A DNA stretch of 64,000 bases from Chiloscyllium plagiosum (lineage: Eukaryota): the NCBI RefSeq assembly GCF_004010195.1, contig NC_057753.1, forward strand, positions 13,740,485-13,804,484, in the 5' to 3' direction. This document shows, one piece after another, positions 12,001 to 25,240 of the stretch (positions are counted from its first letter, which is position 1; each line of letters starts with the position of its first letter). Below the pieces are notes generated by a model. That model worked only from the letters and a program-made list of their open reading frames with translations. It searched no databases and was not told the origin of the DNA. The translations under genes were made by a program, and so were the position numbers.

Positions 12001-12219
12001 ACCGCCAGGTGGCGGGAGAAACGTTGATTACCAGCATTTAACAACAAATCTGGACAATGTCTCTGCATGAATGTTCCTATCAGTCCTGAATAAATGAGTG
12101 AGTCTTCCAATATAAATTAAGACCCCAGTGAGCAATTAGGAAATGCAATATGGTGGTGTTATTAAATACCCCGTCTAATATATGCACGCCAATTTCGCCT
12201 GTTCGCTGTTTTGATGCTG

Positions 12220-12880
12220 CTAACAAGGAATGACAAGAGACATTCTTTCTCTCGTGTGTCCTGCATGGAAGTCTATCAGAATTTATCCCTTTCCAAACTC
12301 AGACTAACCAGTGACAGTGAGAGAAAAAGGAACATCGAATTTCAGCAACTATGTTCATTACTCTGGAACTATTTATTTCAAACCATCAAGTGGCAAACAG
12401 CTCAGTTTCAGATCAAGCTGCATTTGCTTGCTCAGTTTCTTTTCTGCTCATTGCAATGCACAATTAATATTTCTCTTCTCTGACATATATAACGACTTCT
12501 GGTTATCGAAATCATCAGACTATCAGATCCAAGTTGCTTTATCGCACAATCCTTAGTAAGTGGCATTCATTAAACATAGCCAATGCTGACCGTTTTTACT
12601 TGTCCGATGCTCTGTAGAGCTCTGAGGCACTGAAAATCCCTCAGCATCCGGATCAGCAGTGATCTGGCTTTCTGCTCTCTCTCTGGTGTGGGTAGCATTT
12701 ATTGTTGTTAAGAATTGAAATGTTGAAAGAGGATTTAATCACTGGAGGTATAAATTTGTGAAGCAGAGTGATCACATTAGATAAGTATGCAAGTAGGATT
12801 AAGCCACACTTGGATGTGCACTTCTTGCCTCTTTCTTAACTGTAGAAATAAGGGACACAAACATGTGGGAAATAGTTTGT
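12220..12880 (+). pseudogene. Orphan promoter/leader/intron paralogous to the 5' region of V3
   Basis: Colinear similarity blocks with 26600-27240: tgacaa...tcctgcat; tatcccttt; a gtaagt donor near 12556; tctgctctctct..gtgg..catt..ttaag; ctctttctta. No intact ATG and no adjacent V exon. Confidence 0.45.
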
Positions 12881-14905
12881 AGAGTTTTTGGAACAATGCT
12901 GACACAATTCTGTCTGGAAGCCATTTTATGGTACATTTATTGTTTTCCTGAAGAGATAATACAAGCTGAATGTAGCTGAGCTTGTTTAAAGGCTTCTGCT
13001 CTAATCTGACCTTGCAGCTGTGATCGCATAACTGTAGATAAGTACTTCTTTGTCTGGGTAAAATAAAAATGCTTGCAGATCTCACCGTGATATATATCTT
13101 GCAATATATATATTGCCTTTGAGATTTATTTCTCAAAGGCAATTCTCCAAAAATTGTCATGGACAGCATGTTTTCTACTTATAAAGAGACCGAGTCTGAA
13201 ATTATAACATTGGTTTTGATTTCTGATTTGTAACGTAATCCTTACCTGAGATGGCATGCAGGCTGACACGAAGGAAGAGTGATAAGGACGCTATTAAAAC
13301 CGGCTGTCTGCAGGATCCTGACCGGAGCTAGCAGGCCAGTCCAAGTTAGGGAACGACCTGAGGCAAGAATGGGACAGGAAAGGCCACTGCCGTTAAGAAA
13401 AGTGAAACAAAAAATAGCAGACATTGAGGACTTACCAACCGTGCAATTATTTGCCTTGGTTTGTCTCCGTTTGTCTTTGTTTCTTCTTCATTTTTACACA
13501 GTTAGTAAATCTGTCCGACAGAAATGAAGAAGTGAAGTGGGGTCGAAGAACTAAAGGCACACAAGCAACGGGCTGCCCCAAGTGACGAGTCTACCTCGCC
13601 TTACTGAACAGGAGATTCGCACCTGTTCGCAGCTTGAGAACACATAATGAAGCGCCACAGTAAATATGTGAAACTCAGGAGTCAGGCAGGAATCCCACTG
13701 CCCCCCCGGGACACTGGCGGACAATGTTTGGAAGGACACGGGCGGCAGTCATTATGTTATCCTTATTACAACCGACGTATAAATCTAATCCCATGACTAC
13801 CGCCCTTCCAGAGGCTCATTTAAACTGGAAAATATTGATTACTGGAGAGTACCGTAGAGGGTGGGAATGGCGAAACTTTGTCGGATAAGATTTATATGAT
13901 ACAGCACCTAGATAAAATTAAAGACTGGGCTGAAGCCATCAGTCCCTAAAAATAAAAATTGTGGTTATGTTCCGAGAACTCTTTTGAAAACCCTTCCACC
14001 AGAACTCAGCCCTATTTCCCTCAGTACTACAGACGCCGAGCCACAAATAGAACAGATTGTTGTTTTTATCGCTTCCCAATCAAGCAGGGAAGCTGACCAT
14101 GGAAAAAATGCTATTAGAAACACTGATACAGTTCTCTCTCTACTTGGCCAGAAGATATGAGTGCGATTTATAATAGAGCCCTACTGTTCAAATGAACGGT
14201 CCTGGTGAAAGCACAGAGGCAGGTCCGAGCAGACTTGACTGAATCTTTGTTTCAGAGTCTGCTGAATCGTCCACTTCCAGCTTGTCTGGCAGTGGACAAG
14301 GCACCAGATCTCACAACTTACAGAAAATTAAACAAATTGCTTCAACCCCTCTCTCGGATTATGATAGGTGAGACTCCATTGATAAGCCTTAAACCCACGC
14401 TGATGTCCGCAGCATGCTTCAAGATTAACCTGATCCGCTCAAGTGTCCAATATCATTTTAATTGGCTAGTTCAAATCTGCAGTATTAGTAAAAGCTTGCC
14501 TCAAGACGTCCAGACTTTAATAAATTGTCATACGAGACACATTGGGCAACCGTTGAAGAATCCATTGCATTTTCCTCTGGGTCATGGACTAATGCAAAGG
14601 CACGAAAAGCTTCGCTTGCATATATAGCTGGAATTGCAAATGGAATGGCCGAGAGGCATTTTGATTCATATTTGGTTAAGCAGCTGTGTGTCACAGCCAA
14701 GATTTATGAAGCCAAACATCTTAATGTTGATTGTTTTAAAATGTGAATGTCTGATTACCTTTACGAGCAAGAAATACATGAAACTAAAAACTGAGATCGG
14801 AAGGAAGTTGGAAAATGTCATGCATGTGCAGACAGTGGAAACTTTTTCTGTAAATAACATTCACTGAACTAAGTTTTAAAAGGAAACCGAGAGAAAGAGA
14901 CAGAG

Positions 14906-14944
<39 letters not shown>

Positions 14945-16159
14945 AGAATGAATAAGCACTCGAGTCAGCGCTGATTCCCTGAACCTTGTGGAAAAGTTAA
15001 CTATTTGCATTCTTGTTGAAGGCACACTTGCTTGTCGGTGATTGAATGTTTGTGTTTTGTTCCCTGAAGCTCGAGATCCGGGAATGTTTGAATTTAATTT
15101 GCATTTTTGAAACCTACGACTATTTTTAAGAAACCATCAGTGCGTACGAAATGAAAATTCCATAAAAAGTTAAGTTGATGAAATATTAACCCACCCATTC
15201 TTCACAAAGCTCATGACTGCACTACTGTCAATTTCGAACTCGTCACATTTTTATGTTTTCATGTAATCCATTCTTATTTAAATTCGAATCCGTGTAATAT
15301 GGAGGAAGACGACTTTACAATCTTTCAGTGAATGAAGTGTGGATTTGCCTTAGATTTTTGCAACATTTAACACGAGCACAGACCAGCACTCAACACCCCT
15401 CCCCGCCCCCATAGTTTTATGGTACTGGCAAAGATCAATTTCACCCCTTTCAACGACCAGCTGTTGTAATTGTCAAAGAATTTGCTGAATGAATAAAACA
15501 AAATTAGTACTGTACCCAGATTAGAATCAATATGTACACTGCTTTCTTATAGAGGTTTTCTGAAGCATGTTAATTTTGTGATTAATAAATCAATTCAGAT
15601 CAATCTTATGGTATAGTATAGTGACATTAACATTTCATCACCCTGGCCACAGATGCAGAATGTTTCTGCTCATTTCACAGCCTATAACATTACAATGAAC
15701 AATAACTGATTGGAACGGCTTAAATAATCAGATTTGTCATTTAAGTTCAGTGACAAGAACCAGGTAATTATAATGGATTTCAGATTTGGGAACTGTGCAC
15801 ATTAGATTTAATAAAATTGGATTTTGCATAAATGAATTTCAGTTTATATTTAACATTTTATCAAAATTTACACTCAATAGAAAGAAAACTTGCAATTTAA
15901 TAGGCAGAGTAGAATACAATAATCCTGATCAGATTTAAATTGTTTTTGTGGCATTTAGCCACTTCTCCAATATCCAATTCTCAATTAGAGACAATGGTTA
16001 TATTAGTGAATATTAACAAAAATATATTTGTATGAGTCCTGAATTAAAACAAAAATCAGAATTAGTTGGCACGATCGATTGGTTCTCATACTTTTATCGT
16101 GATCTGTGTCATTGCATCACAGTTTATTTCAAGCGTGGTTGTAATGATTAATCTCCGGT

Positions 16160-16372
16160 GTCTGGTGCTGGAAAAGCACTGCTGGCTAGGCAGCATCCGA
16201 GGAGCAGGAGAATCAAAGTTTTGAGCATAAGCTCTTCATGTTCCTGATGGAGATCTTATGCTCGAAACGTCGATTCTTCTGCTCGTCGGAAGCTGCCTGA
16301 CCGCCTGTGCTGCTTCTGCACCACACTCATGAGCTCTGATCTCAAGCATCTACAATCCTCAATTTCTTCCTG
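16160..16372. mobile_element. Palindromic Penelope-terminus-derived element
   Basis: Inverted arms of the same family as 6204 and 10817, with a central ctgatggagatcttatgctcgaaacgtc. Confidence 0.65.
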
Positions 16373-16960
16373 TGATGGTTAACGCTTCTCTGGACCATTC
16401 CTTAAAGAAATGTACAATAGAAGTAAAGACAACATGAGGGAAAGTTTTGGAAGCAGAGCGTGAGAATAAGAAAGGGAGAAGAAGATTTGCTGCGTTCCTC
16501 ATGCAAAGACCTGGCACTTAAACAAGAGATTGAATAACCTCCAGTGCTGTTGCCATTCTGATATCATGTTATATGATAAGCTTGCGTTAGCGTATGAAAA
16601 TCTAAATGCTGGAGTTTTTAAAATGAAGTTCTTCATTACACAGGTGTTTTTGGATAGCATGGAGCCATGAATTATCTTGGATGTTCAAATTGAATCAATT
16701 AATGGCAGCACAAAAAAGAAAAGGAAATATAAAGAATTGAAAGCAAAAGTTCCAAAGGAAAGGGTACTCTTGGGGAAATTGTAACATTGAACATGAACAA
16801 ACAGGTCATCATCCAAACTAGCAGTTGCAGTGGGTACATTGAAATTTTTAGTTCAGAACAACAGTTAATCAACTTATTTTAAAAGTTAGACATTTTAAAA
16901 GGGAAGTGCTAGAAATCTTACTTTTTTAAAAATTTAAATACTTTAGTATACTAGGAATAT

Positions 16961-18357
16961 TGTTATCAAGTTGTTGGTGTACTGTATCTTTAAGAGAGTT
17001 AAAAGCTAACAGTGCTGCCTGACAGCACGAAGTGTTCTGAATAAAATAACAATTTAACACCTGGTCGAAAGCTAGGGAAGCTGGATGCCTCGAGACAAAA
17101 ACCGAATCGAATTAGACCAATCAGTTCAAATTATACCCCGAAATATGTCAAAGTCCAGTCAAGTTTGATTGTCGTATATTGACAATCTTAAAGGCCAATG
17201 AGACAATCCAATGATTTGGGGGTATTAGACGGTGAACATTGAACTGCCAAGCCACCAGCATGTAAAGACTGCCCGGAAACATCTCTAAAGCTACCCTTAG
17301 CGATCAGTAACCTGTGAAGGAGAATCCCAAAGAAGAATAAAAGAAGATAGGAATACAGAGAAGAACCGAACACACCCTGATTGTGAGATAAGAAGTTTCG
17401 TTTTTGACTGTAGTCGGATTTTTTTTTTATCAGAGCAGTATTGTAGAGGGCAAAGTAAAAGAGAGGTTAAAGGAAGGATTGTAAATCGTTGTTAGTTTAT
17501 TGTTCTCTGTTGGGAGAAAGTGAGGACTACAGATGCTGGAGATCAGAGCTGAAAATGTGTTACTGGAAAAGCGCAGCAGGTCAGGCAGCATCCTCGGAGC
17601 AGGGGAATCGATGTTTCGGGCATGAGCCCTTCTTCAGGAATGCGGAAAGTGTGCCAAGCAAGCTAAGATAAAAGGTATGGAGGAGGGACTTGGTTGGAGG
17701 GTTCCGAGGCAGAAGATGAGGTGCTCTTCCTCCAGCCATAGTGTTGCTATGGTCTGGCGATGGAGTAGTCCAAGGATCTGCATGTCCTTGGTGGAGTGGG
17801 AGGGGGAGTTGAAGTGTTGAGCCACGGGGTGGTTGAGTTGGCTGGTCCAGGTGTCCCAGAGGTGTTCTCTGAGATGTTCCGCAAGTAGGCGGCCTGTCTC
17901 CCCAATATTGAGGAAGCCACATCGGGTGCAGCTGATGCAGTAAATGATGTGTGTGGAGGTGCAGGTGAATTTNNNNNNNNNGGGGGAGGTGTGGGCGCAA
18001 GTTTTGCATTTCTTGCAGTTGCAGGGGAAGGTACCGGGAGTGGAGATTGGGTTGGTGGGGGGAGTGGACCTGACGAGGGAGTCACGGAGGGAATTGTCTT
18101 TTCGGAACGCTGATAGGGGACGGGAGGGAAATATATCCCTGGTGGTGGAGTCCGTTTGGAGGCGGCGGAAATGATGACGGATGATACGATGTATATGGAG
18201 GTTGGTGGGGTGGTGTTATACTTTAAGAAATAAAGTGGTTAATTTTTACTTTAAATTGTTATTGGCCTCTCGAAGTTTCACAAATTACTTTAAGTAATAA
18301 ATCTATTCTGTGTTGTTGGTTTAAATTAAGCAGGAGGATTTACTCCGTGTCATAACA
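16961..18357 (+). repeat. 5' LTR of the Gmr1-like element, interrupted by a Penelope insertion
   Basis: Terminal inverted TGTTAT/ATAACA, followed by a PBS. Similar to 25500-25710 and to the reverse complement of 59274-60032. Confidence 0.8.
17512..18213 (-). mobile_element. Penelope-like element 3' fragment (GIY-YIG region and terminal repeat); contains a 9-N gap at 17973-17981
   Basis: Minus translation VAQHFNSPSHSTKDMQILGLLHRQTIATLWLEEEHLIFCLGTLQP is characteristic of the Penelope endonuclease C-terminus. Possible TGTT target-site duplication at 17508-17511 and 18214-18217. Confidence 0.85.
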
Positions 18358-19347
18358 ATTTGGGGGCTCGGGTCAGGGACTTCAAACTCGGTTAGACATA
18401 TTTGAATAGATTTGAGGTACGAAAATTTCCAACATATTTAAACACTTGCAGGTTAGTGCCCTAGTCGTTAAATGAAATATAGGGGAGACAACTTGTTTAA
18501 TTTCGTTGACTTGTGGTTGATTAAATTATAAGTGAGAGAAATGGCTATTAGAATTGCTCAAGAGGTTCTAGAATTTGAAGATGATCCTTAAATTTACGAA
18601 AAAAGTTCATAAGGAAAGAAAAAGGCCATAACTTCGAGAAATAGAAAATAAACTAGATTTAGGTTTAACCAAGGACAAAAGTAAAGCTGACATTTTAAGG
18701 GAATTACTCAAACACTTAGTTTTGTCAGAGAAACAGACAAGTGCAATAGAGGTAGATAAACGTACATTATAATTGGGGAAAATAGAGTTAGAAGATAAAA
18801 AAAGAGAAAGAGAGGAAAGACAGAGGGAAAGAGAAAGATGAAGGGAGAGAGAAGAAAGAGGGACAGAGCAGGTTCTGAGCTGAGCAAACAGAGAGAGAAG
18901 AAAAGGATGGCGAAAGAGAGAGAGAATACAGAGAAAGCGAGAGAATTTGACTTTGCGAAGTTGCGAATTAGTCAGCAAATGCAAGTTGCTGGATGGAGAT
19001 TAAAAGAGAAGTTTGTGATATATATATATAAGTATGTCAAAACTCTGCCACAGTTTGATGAGAAAGATGTGGAAGTCTTCTGTATTTCGTCTGAAAAATT
19101 GGCGACGCAGAAGGAATTGCCTGAGGATATATGATTACTGCCAGTTAAGACTAAACTGATAGGCAGAGCTAGTGAGATATTTGTCGCAATGTCAGATGAG
19201 GTGTCAAGAAATTATGAAGAGGTTAAACAGCCTATTTTAAGTGATTATGAATTGGTACTAGAAGCATATCGACAGAGGTTCAAAAAACAAAGAAGGAACC
19301 AAGTTGGAATTACGTTGAGTTCGAAATAACTAAACACAGCGTTTTTT

Positions 19348-19637
19348 TAGACTACATTCCCTTCAGTGTTGAAACAGGGCATTGACCCAATAGTCCACAC
19401 CGACTCTCCAAAGAGTACCCCACCGAGATCAATTTCCCTCTGACTAATGCACATAACACCATGGGAAATTAGCATGGCCAATTCACCGAACCTGCACATC
19501 TTTTGGACTGTGAGAGGAAACCAGAGCACCCGGAAGAGACCCATAAAGGCTGAAAAGGTGCAAACTTCATCTGAGGCTGAAATCGAACACAGGTTCCCGT
19601 GAGGATGCAGTGTTAACCGCTGAGCCAGCGTGCCACA
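19348..19637 (-). mobile_element. tRNA-derived HE1/V-SINE-type SINE inserted in the Gypsy gag
   Basis: Minus strand gtggcacgctggctcagcggttaacactgc...ttccgggtgctctggtttcctctcacagtcc, the V-SINE core. Confidence 0.85.
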
Positions 19638-22600
19638 ATCGGTTTTGATTGATGGGTACGTGTTTTGAAAAGAGATAAGATCTTTGAGGCCCCAGGAGAG
19701 ATTATTCTGCTGGAGGAGTTTAAAAACGTACTTGTAGAGATGATAAGAATTCACATTGAGGAACAGAAAGTTCTGAAAGTGAGAAGGAGTGCAGAATTGG
19801 CAGATGGGTTCATGTTATTGCATAAGGCAAGTTCCGGCCACAATTTCGTCCTGTGACAGATAGAAGTTGGGAGAAGGGGAGATCCTACACGACGAAACCA
19901 AGAGTAGAGATCACTGGTAAGAAGTTATCACAGGATAAAGACGAAGAGCAAGGGGGTGGACAGGAGTTGAAAGATCTCAAGTGTTTCCACTGCGGTAACG
20001 TGAGACATGTAAATTCATAGTGCCGGTCGTTAAAGAAAGGAGTTGTGGGAAAAATTGTGATAAAAGAAGCTAAGCCAGTAGCATTAGTGAAAGTAGTAAA
20101 GGAGATTCCAAAGAGAGACGAGAAGCTGCAGGAGAGTCAGCCTTGGGCATGGGGTTAGAACCTATTCTTTACAAAGAATTTGCCTCTGTGGTTAATATTT
20201 ATTCAGAAAGAACATGGGGAGAAGGACAAGAAGCTTTGATTTCGAGAGATACAGGACCTAATCAGTCGCTGATAGCAAGGGTTGAGCGAATATGCACTTT
20301 TTTCTGATCTGTTACCCGAGAGTGTGGTAATTTGTGGGACAGATGGACAGAAATTTAATGTTCCCCTATGTAAGATCAGGTTGGAGTGCCAACCCAAGAC
20401 TGGGGATGTTATAGTGGGGGTGATTAGAGGATTGTCAGTCCAAGAATTCAGTTTAGCAGGACCTAAGTTGTGAGTGACACCCCATGTTGTGGAGAAGCAC
20501 AAGGAAGACTAAGAAACTGAGGGATTAAAACAGAAATATCCTGGTATTTTCCCAGATTTTGTGACAACCAGATACAACTATCAGAAGTCACAGCACAATG
20601 CGCAAAGCAAAGAGAAAGATGAAGGAGTTGAGGTTCACTTAGTGGATACCTTGTTTGACGTAATGGCGCAGGAAAGACCTGACCAGTGAGAGGGTCGGAC
20701 AGAAGTGTTTAGTCCTAAAAGGCAAAGAGGCTTGTAACAGCAAGACAAAATGAAACAATATATATATCTGGAAGCGTACTCTGAAAAGGAAGCATTGAAT
20801 ATTCCAGAGGGTTATTATCAGAATGTTATCAGAAAGATAGAAACCTAATAGAGAAATGGACACCACGGCAGGTGGGTGCAGAGGTGAAATGGGCCGAAGT
20901 CCACTGGATGGTGTTTCCCGTAGCATACAGTCAGTAGGTGTTACATGAACTAACTTTATCAGGTCACTTAGGGGTACAAAAGACTCAGGCTAAACTATAA
21001 AAACATTTTTATTGGCCTGGAATGCACAAGGATGTGATTAACTTTTGCCAAACATGTCATACACGCCAAATAATAGGTAATCAATATAGGGGAATAAAAC
21101 CAGCACCTTTTTTGTCAATTGCCGCATTTCACACAGGAGGTAATTGAGTCTGTTCATCTCCTCCCGAGAACTGAAAGTGGGAACCAGTACGTTTTAGGCA
21201 TAATACATGTTATTACCACATTTCTGAGGCAATTCCATTACAGAGTATCAAGGTTAAAAAGGTGGTAGACGAGTTAGCAGTTCTCTTCACACCATATGGG
21301 CTACCCAGAGATTCAAGTGGACCACGGATCAAACTGTACTGCGAGGCTGTTTAAGGAGTTTATGGATAGCTTAGGTATACTGCAGTTGAAATCCAGTGCG
21401 TTCCACCATGAATCACAGGGACCTTAGAAAGGTGGCATCAGACCTTGAAAACAATGTTGAGAGAATATGTAAGAATCACCCGAGTGACTGGGATAAGTGT
21501 ATCCCATTCGTATTGTTTGCCATTACAGATGCCTCAAACGAATCTACTGAGTTCGCTCCCTTCAAGTTAATATTCGCTCAAGAAATGAGACGGCCTTTGA
21601 CATAAGTTAAAAAAAAAACATTGACGGGACCAAAGTCTGATATCTCACACACGGCTTTTGTATTACAGGTGAGGGAAAGATTAAATCGAGTAGGTGAGTC
21701 AGCTAAACGGCACCTAAAGAGGGCACAGTATAGAATGAAGCAGGTGACAGACAAGAGCTCTGAGACTCCATCGTTTTCTGGAGAGGATGACGTGTTAGTA
21801 GTAATAGGAGATCACGTCAAAGCCAGGTTTCGTGGTCCCTATCAAATTGAGAAAATGTTGCGTTGCTTGTGCTATCTAGTAAGTGTGCCTGATAGAAATA
21901 AAAGGTGCCGCATATGTCATGTGAACATGTTAAAACCGTATTATACAACAGAGAAAGAACTGGAGAAATAGGTGTTAGTTACTTCCCAAAGAGCGAGGAA
22001 TCAAATCCAGTTGATGTGGATTTTGATGAACCTCAAAATAGATTTAAAAAGCAAAGAGTTCCTTGGGGAGTGGGACAGGTTAGTAAGCTATCTGTCTCAG
22101 GAGCAAGGAATGCAGTTGAAATATTTATTATTGCATTGTAAGAACATATGGAAGACTCAGATGGGGAGGACTAAAGCTATTGTACACCAAGTAGACGGAC
22201 AGAGTACTGCGCCAATAAAACAATACTCCTCTCTGCTTAATCCTTTCAAAGGCAAACAGGTCCAGATGGAAGTGGAGACCATGCTCGACGTGGACATCAT
22301 TGAACCAAGGCAGAGCAAATGGAGTTCGCCGATCATCTTAGTTCCCAAACAAGATGGGACTCAAAGATTGTGCCTGGCTTATCGGAAGATCAACGTCATA
22401 AAAAAAATTGGGCTCAAATCCCATTCCTGTATGGAGGAAGGGGGCACTGTATCGAGAATGTGGGGTAAGTCAGTTACATCACCAAGGTGGACTTAACACA
22501 TGGTTACTAGCAGTTACCTTCATCAAAGATAGCGAAAGAGTTTTCTGCATTTATCAGAAATGACGAAAACAATTTATGCATTGGTCACCCCAAATCGGCC

Positions 22601-23280
22601 AAATCAGGTTAAAGTGATGCCCTTTGGAATGATGAACACATCCACCACATTCCAAAGACTCACAAACATATTTGTGGGTGGGGTAACAAAGTATACAGAC
22701 TATTTGGATGATGTAGTGATCTTCAGGATGTCCTGAAAAGATCACATGGTACAAATGGCAGAGTTCTTTGAACCACTGCGAGAAGCAAACCGCAGATACA
22801 TTTAAATGAAACAGAATTCACAAAAGCAGAGGTGACATTCATGGGGCATAATATCTGTCATTGAAGATTAAGCCCATGGAATGCAAAGACGAAGGCCATC
22901 GAGGAATTTCCATTACCAACCTCGTAGACAAAGATGCTTCGATTCTTAGGACTCAGCGGATTCTATCAGAAGTTTGTGAACTAAATTCCTGAAGAAGAAC
23001 ACAAAATTTCGATTGACAGAACTATGCCAGGAAACGTTCGACCACTTGAAATCAATACTATCAACTAAACATTTCAAAATCTTTTAAACTCGCCATCCAT
23101 GCTTATGACATTGGAGTTGGATGTGTATTCCTCGAGGAAGATGACGATAGGATTGGAATGCCAGTTGGTTACTTTTCAAGAAATATTAACAGCCACTAGA
23201 GGAAAATAACTCCACAATCGCATAGGATGTACTGAGTTTGGTACTAGCCTTACAACATTTTAATGTGTAAGTTTTAAAAT

Positions 23281-23555
23281 ATAGGACATAGAACATTACA
23301 GCACAGTACAGACCCTTCGGCCCTCGATATTGCGCCGACCTGTCATACCAAACTGAAGCCCATCTAACCTACATTATTCCATGTACGTCCATTATGCTTG
23401 TCCAATGACGACTTAAATGTATTTAAAGTTAGCGAATCTACTACCGTATTCCATACCCTTAGTACTTTCTGAGTAAAGTAACTACCTCTGACATCTGTCC
23501 TACATCTATCACCCCTCAATTTAAAGCTATGCCCCCTCGTGCTCGCCGTCACCAT
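23281..23555 (-). mobile_element. CR1 LINE 3' fragment
   Basis: Minus ORF TRGHSFKLRGDRCRTDVRG, with a (ttctatg) tail. Confidence 0.85.
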
Positions 23556-25240
23556 ACTTTTAAACAGTGATGGAAAAAGATAGACGAGATCTCAAAGTTG
23601 AATTTATAAGTTGGAGAACGGCCAATCTTGACAGTATTAGGCAAGAACTTCAAAAGCTGACTGGGGTCAGATGTTCACAGGTAAAGGGACGGCTGGAAAA
23701 TGGGAAGACTTCAGAAATGTGATAACGAGAGTCCAGAGACCGTATATTCCTGTTAGGATGAAAGGAAAGGCTGTTAGGTATGGAGAATGCTGGATGAGTA
23801 AAGAAATTGAGGATTTGGTTTGGAAAAGGAAGGAAGCATATGTCAAATAGGGACAGGATAGATCGAGTGAATCCTTAGAAAAGTATAAAGGCAGTAGGAA
23901 TACACTTAAGAGGGAAATCAGGAGGGCAAAAAGTGGGAATGAGATAGCTTCGGCAAATAGAGTTAAGGAGAATCCAAGTTTTTGAAAAAAGTAAATACAT
24001 TAAGGACAAAAGGGTAACTCGGGAGAAAATAGGACTCCCCAAAGATCAGCAAGGAGGCCTTTGTGTGGAACCACAGGAGATGGGGGAGATACTAAAGAAG
24101 TATTTTGCATCAGAACCTATTGTGGAAAAGGACATGGAATATAAACAATGTAAACAGGGAAATAGATGGTGACATCTTGAAAAATGTCCATATTGCAAAG
24201 GAGGAAGTGCTGAATGTGCTAGGCCTCTTGCTGAGATATTTGTATCATAAATAGTCACAGGTGAGGTGCTGTAAGACTGGAGGTTGGCTAACGTGGTGCC
24301 ACTGTTTCAGAAAGGTGATAAGGACAAGCGAGGGAACAATAGATCAGTGAGCCTGACGTCAGTTGGGGACACGTTGTTGGACGGAATCGTGAGAGACAGG
24401 ATGTACATGTATTTGGAAAGGCAAGGACTGATTAGGGATAGTTAACATAGCCTTGTGCGTACAAAATCACATCTCACAAAATTGATTGAACTTTTTGAAG
24501 AAGTATTATAGAGGATAAATGAGGGCAGAGCGGTAGACGTGATCTATATCGACTTCAGTAAGGCATTAGACAAGGTTCCCCAAGGGAAACGGGTCAGAAA
24601 GGTATACTTTCCTTTATCGGTCACAGCACTGAGTACAGGATTTGGGAGGTAATGTTGCGGCAGTGCAAGACATCAGTTACGACACTTTTGGAATATTGCA
24701 CGCAATTCTGGTCTCCTCCCTATCGGAAAGATGTTGTGAAACTTCAAAAGTTTCAGAAAAGATTTACAAGACTGTTGCCAGGGTTGGAGGATTTGAGCTA
24801 TAGGGAGAGGTTTAATAGGCTGGGGCTTATTTCCCTGAAGCGTCGGAGGCTGAGTAGTGACCTTAATGAGGTTGATAAAATCATACAGGAATGAATAGGA
24901 TAAACAGAAAACGTCTTTTCCCTGGGGTGGGCGAGTTCAGATCTAGAGGTCATAGGTATAGAATGGGAGGGCAAAGTTATCAAAGAGACCTGAAGGGCAT
25001 GTTTTTCACACAGACGGTGGTACGTGTATGCAATGAGCTACCAGATGAAGTGGTGGAGGCTAGTACATTGCAACATTTAAAAGGCATCTGGATGGGTATA
25101 TGTATAGGAAGGGTTTGGGGGGATATGGGCCGGATGCTGGCAGGTGGGACTAGGTTGGGTTGGAACATCTGGTGGGCATGGACAAGTTGAACTAAAAGGT
25201 CTGTTTCCCTGCTGTACATCTGCATGTCTCTATGACACTA
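23556..25240 (+). mobile_element. Internally deleted CR1 LINE inserted in the Gypsy RNase H region
   Basis: ORF2 remnants DWRLANVVPLF and LEYCTQFWSP..RKDVVKL, and a 3' tail at ~25230. Confidence 0.9.
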
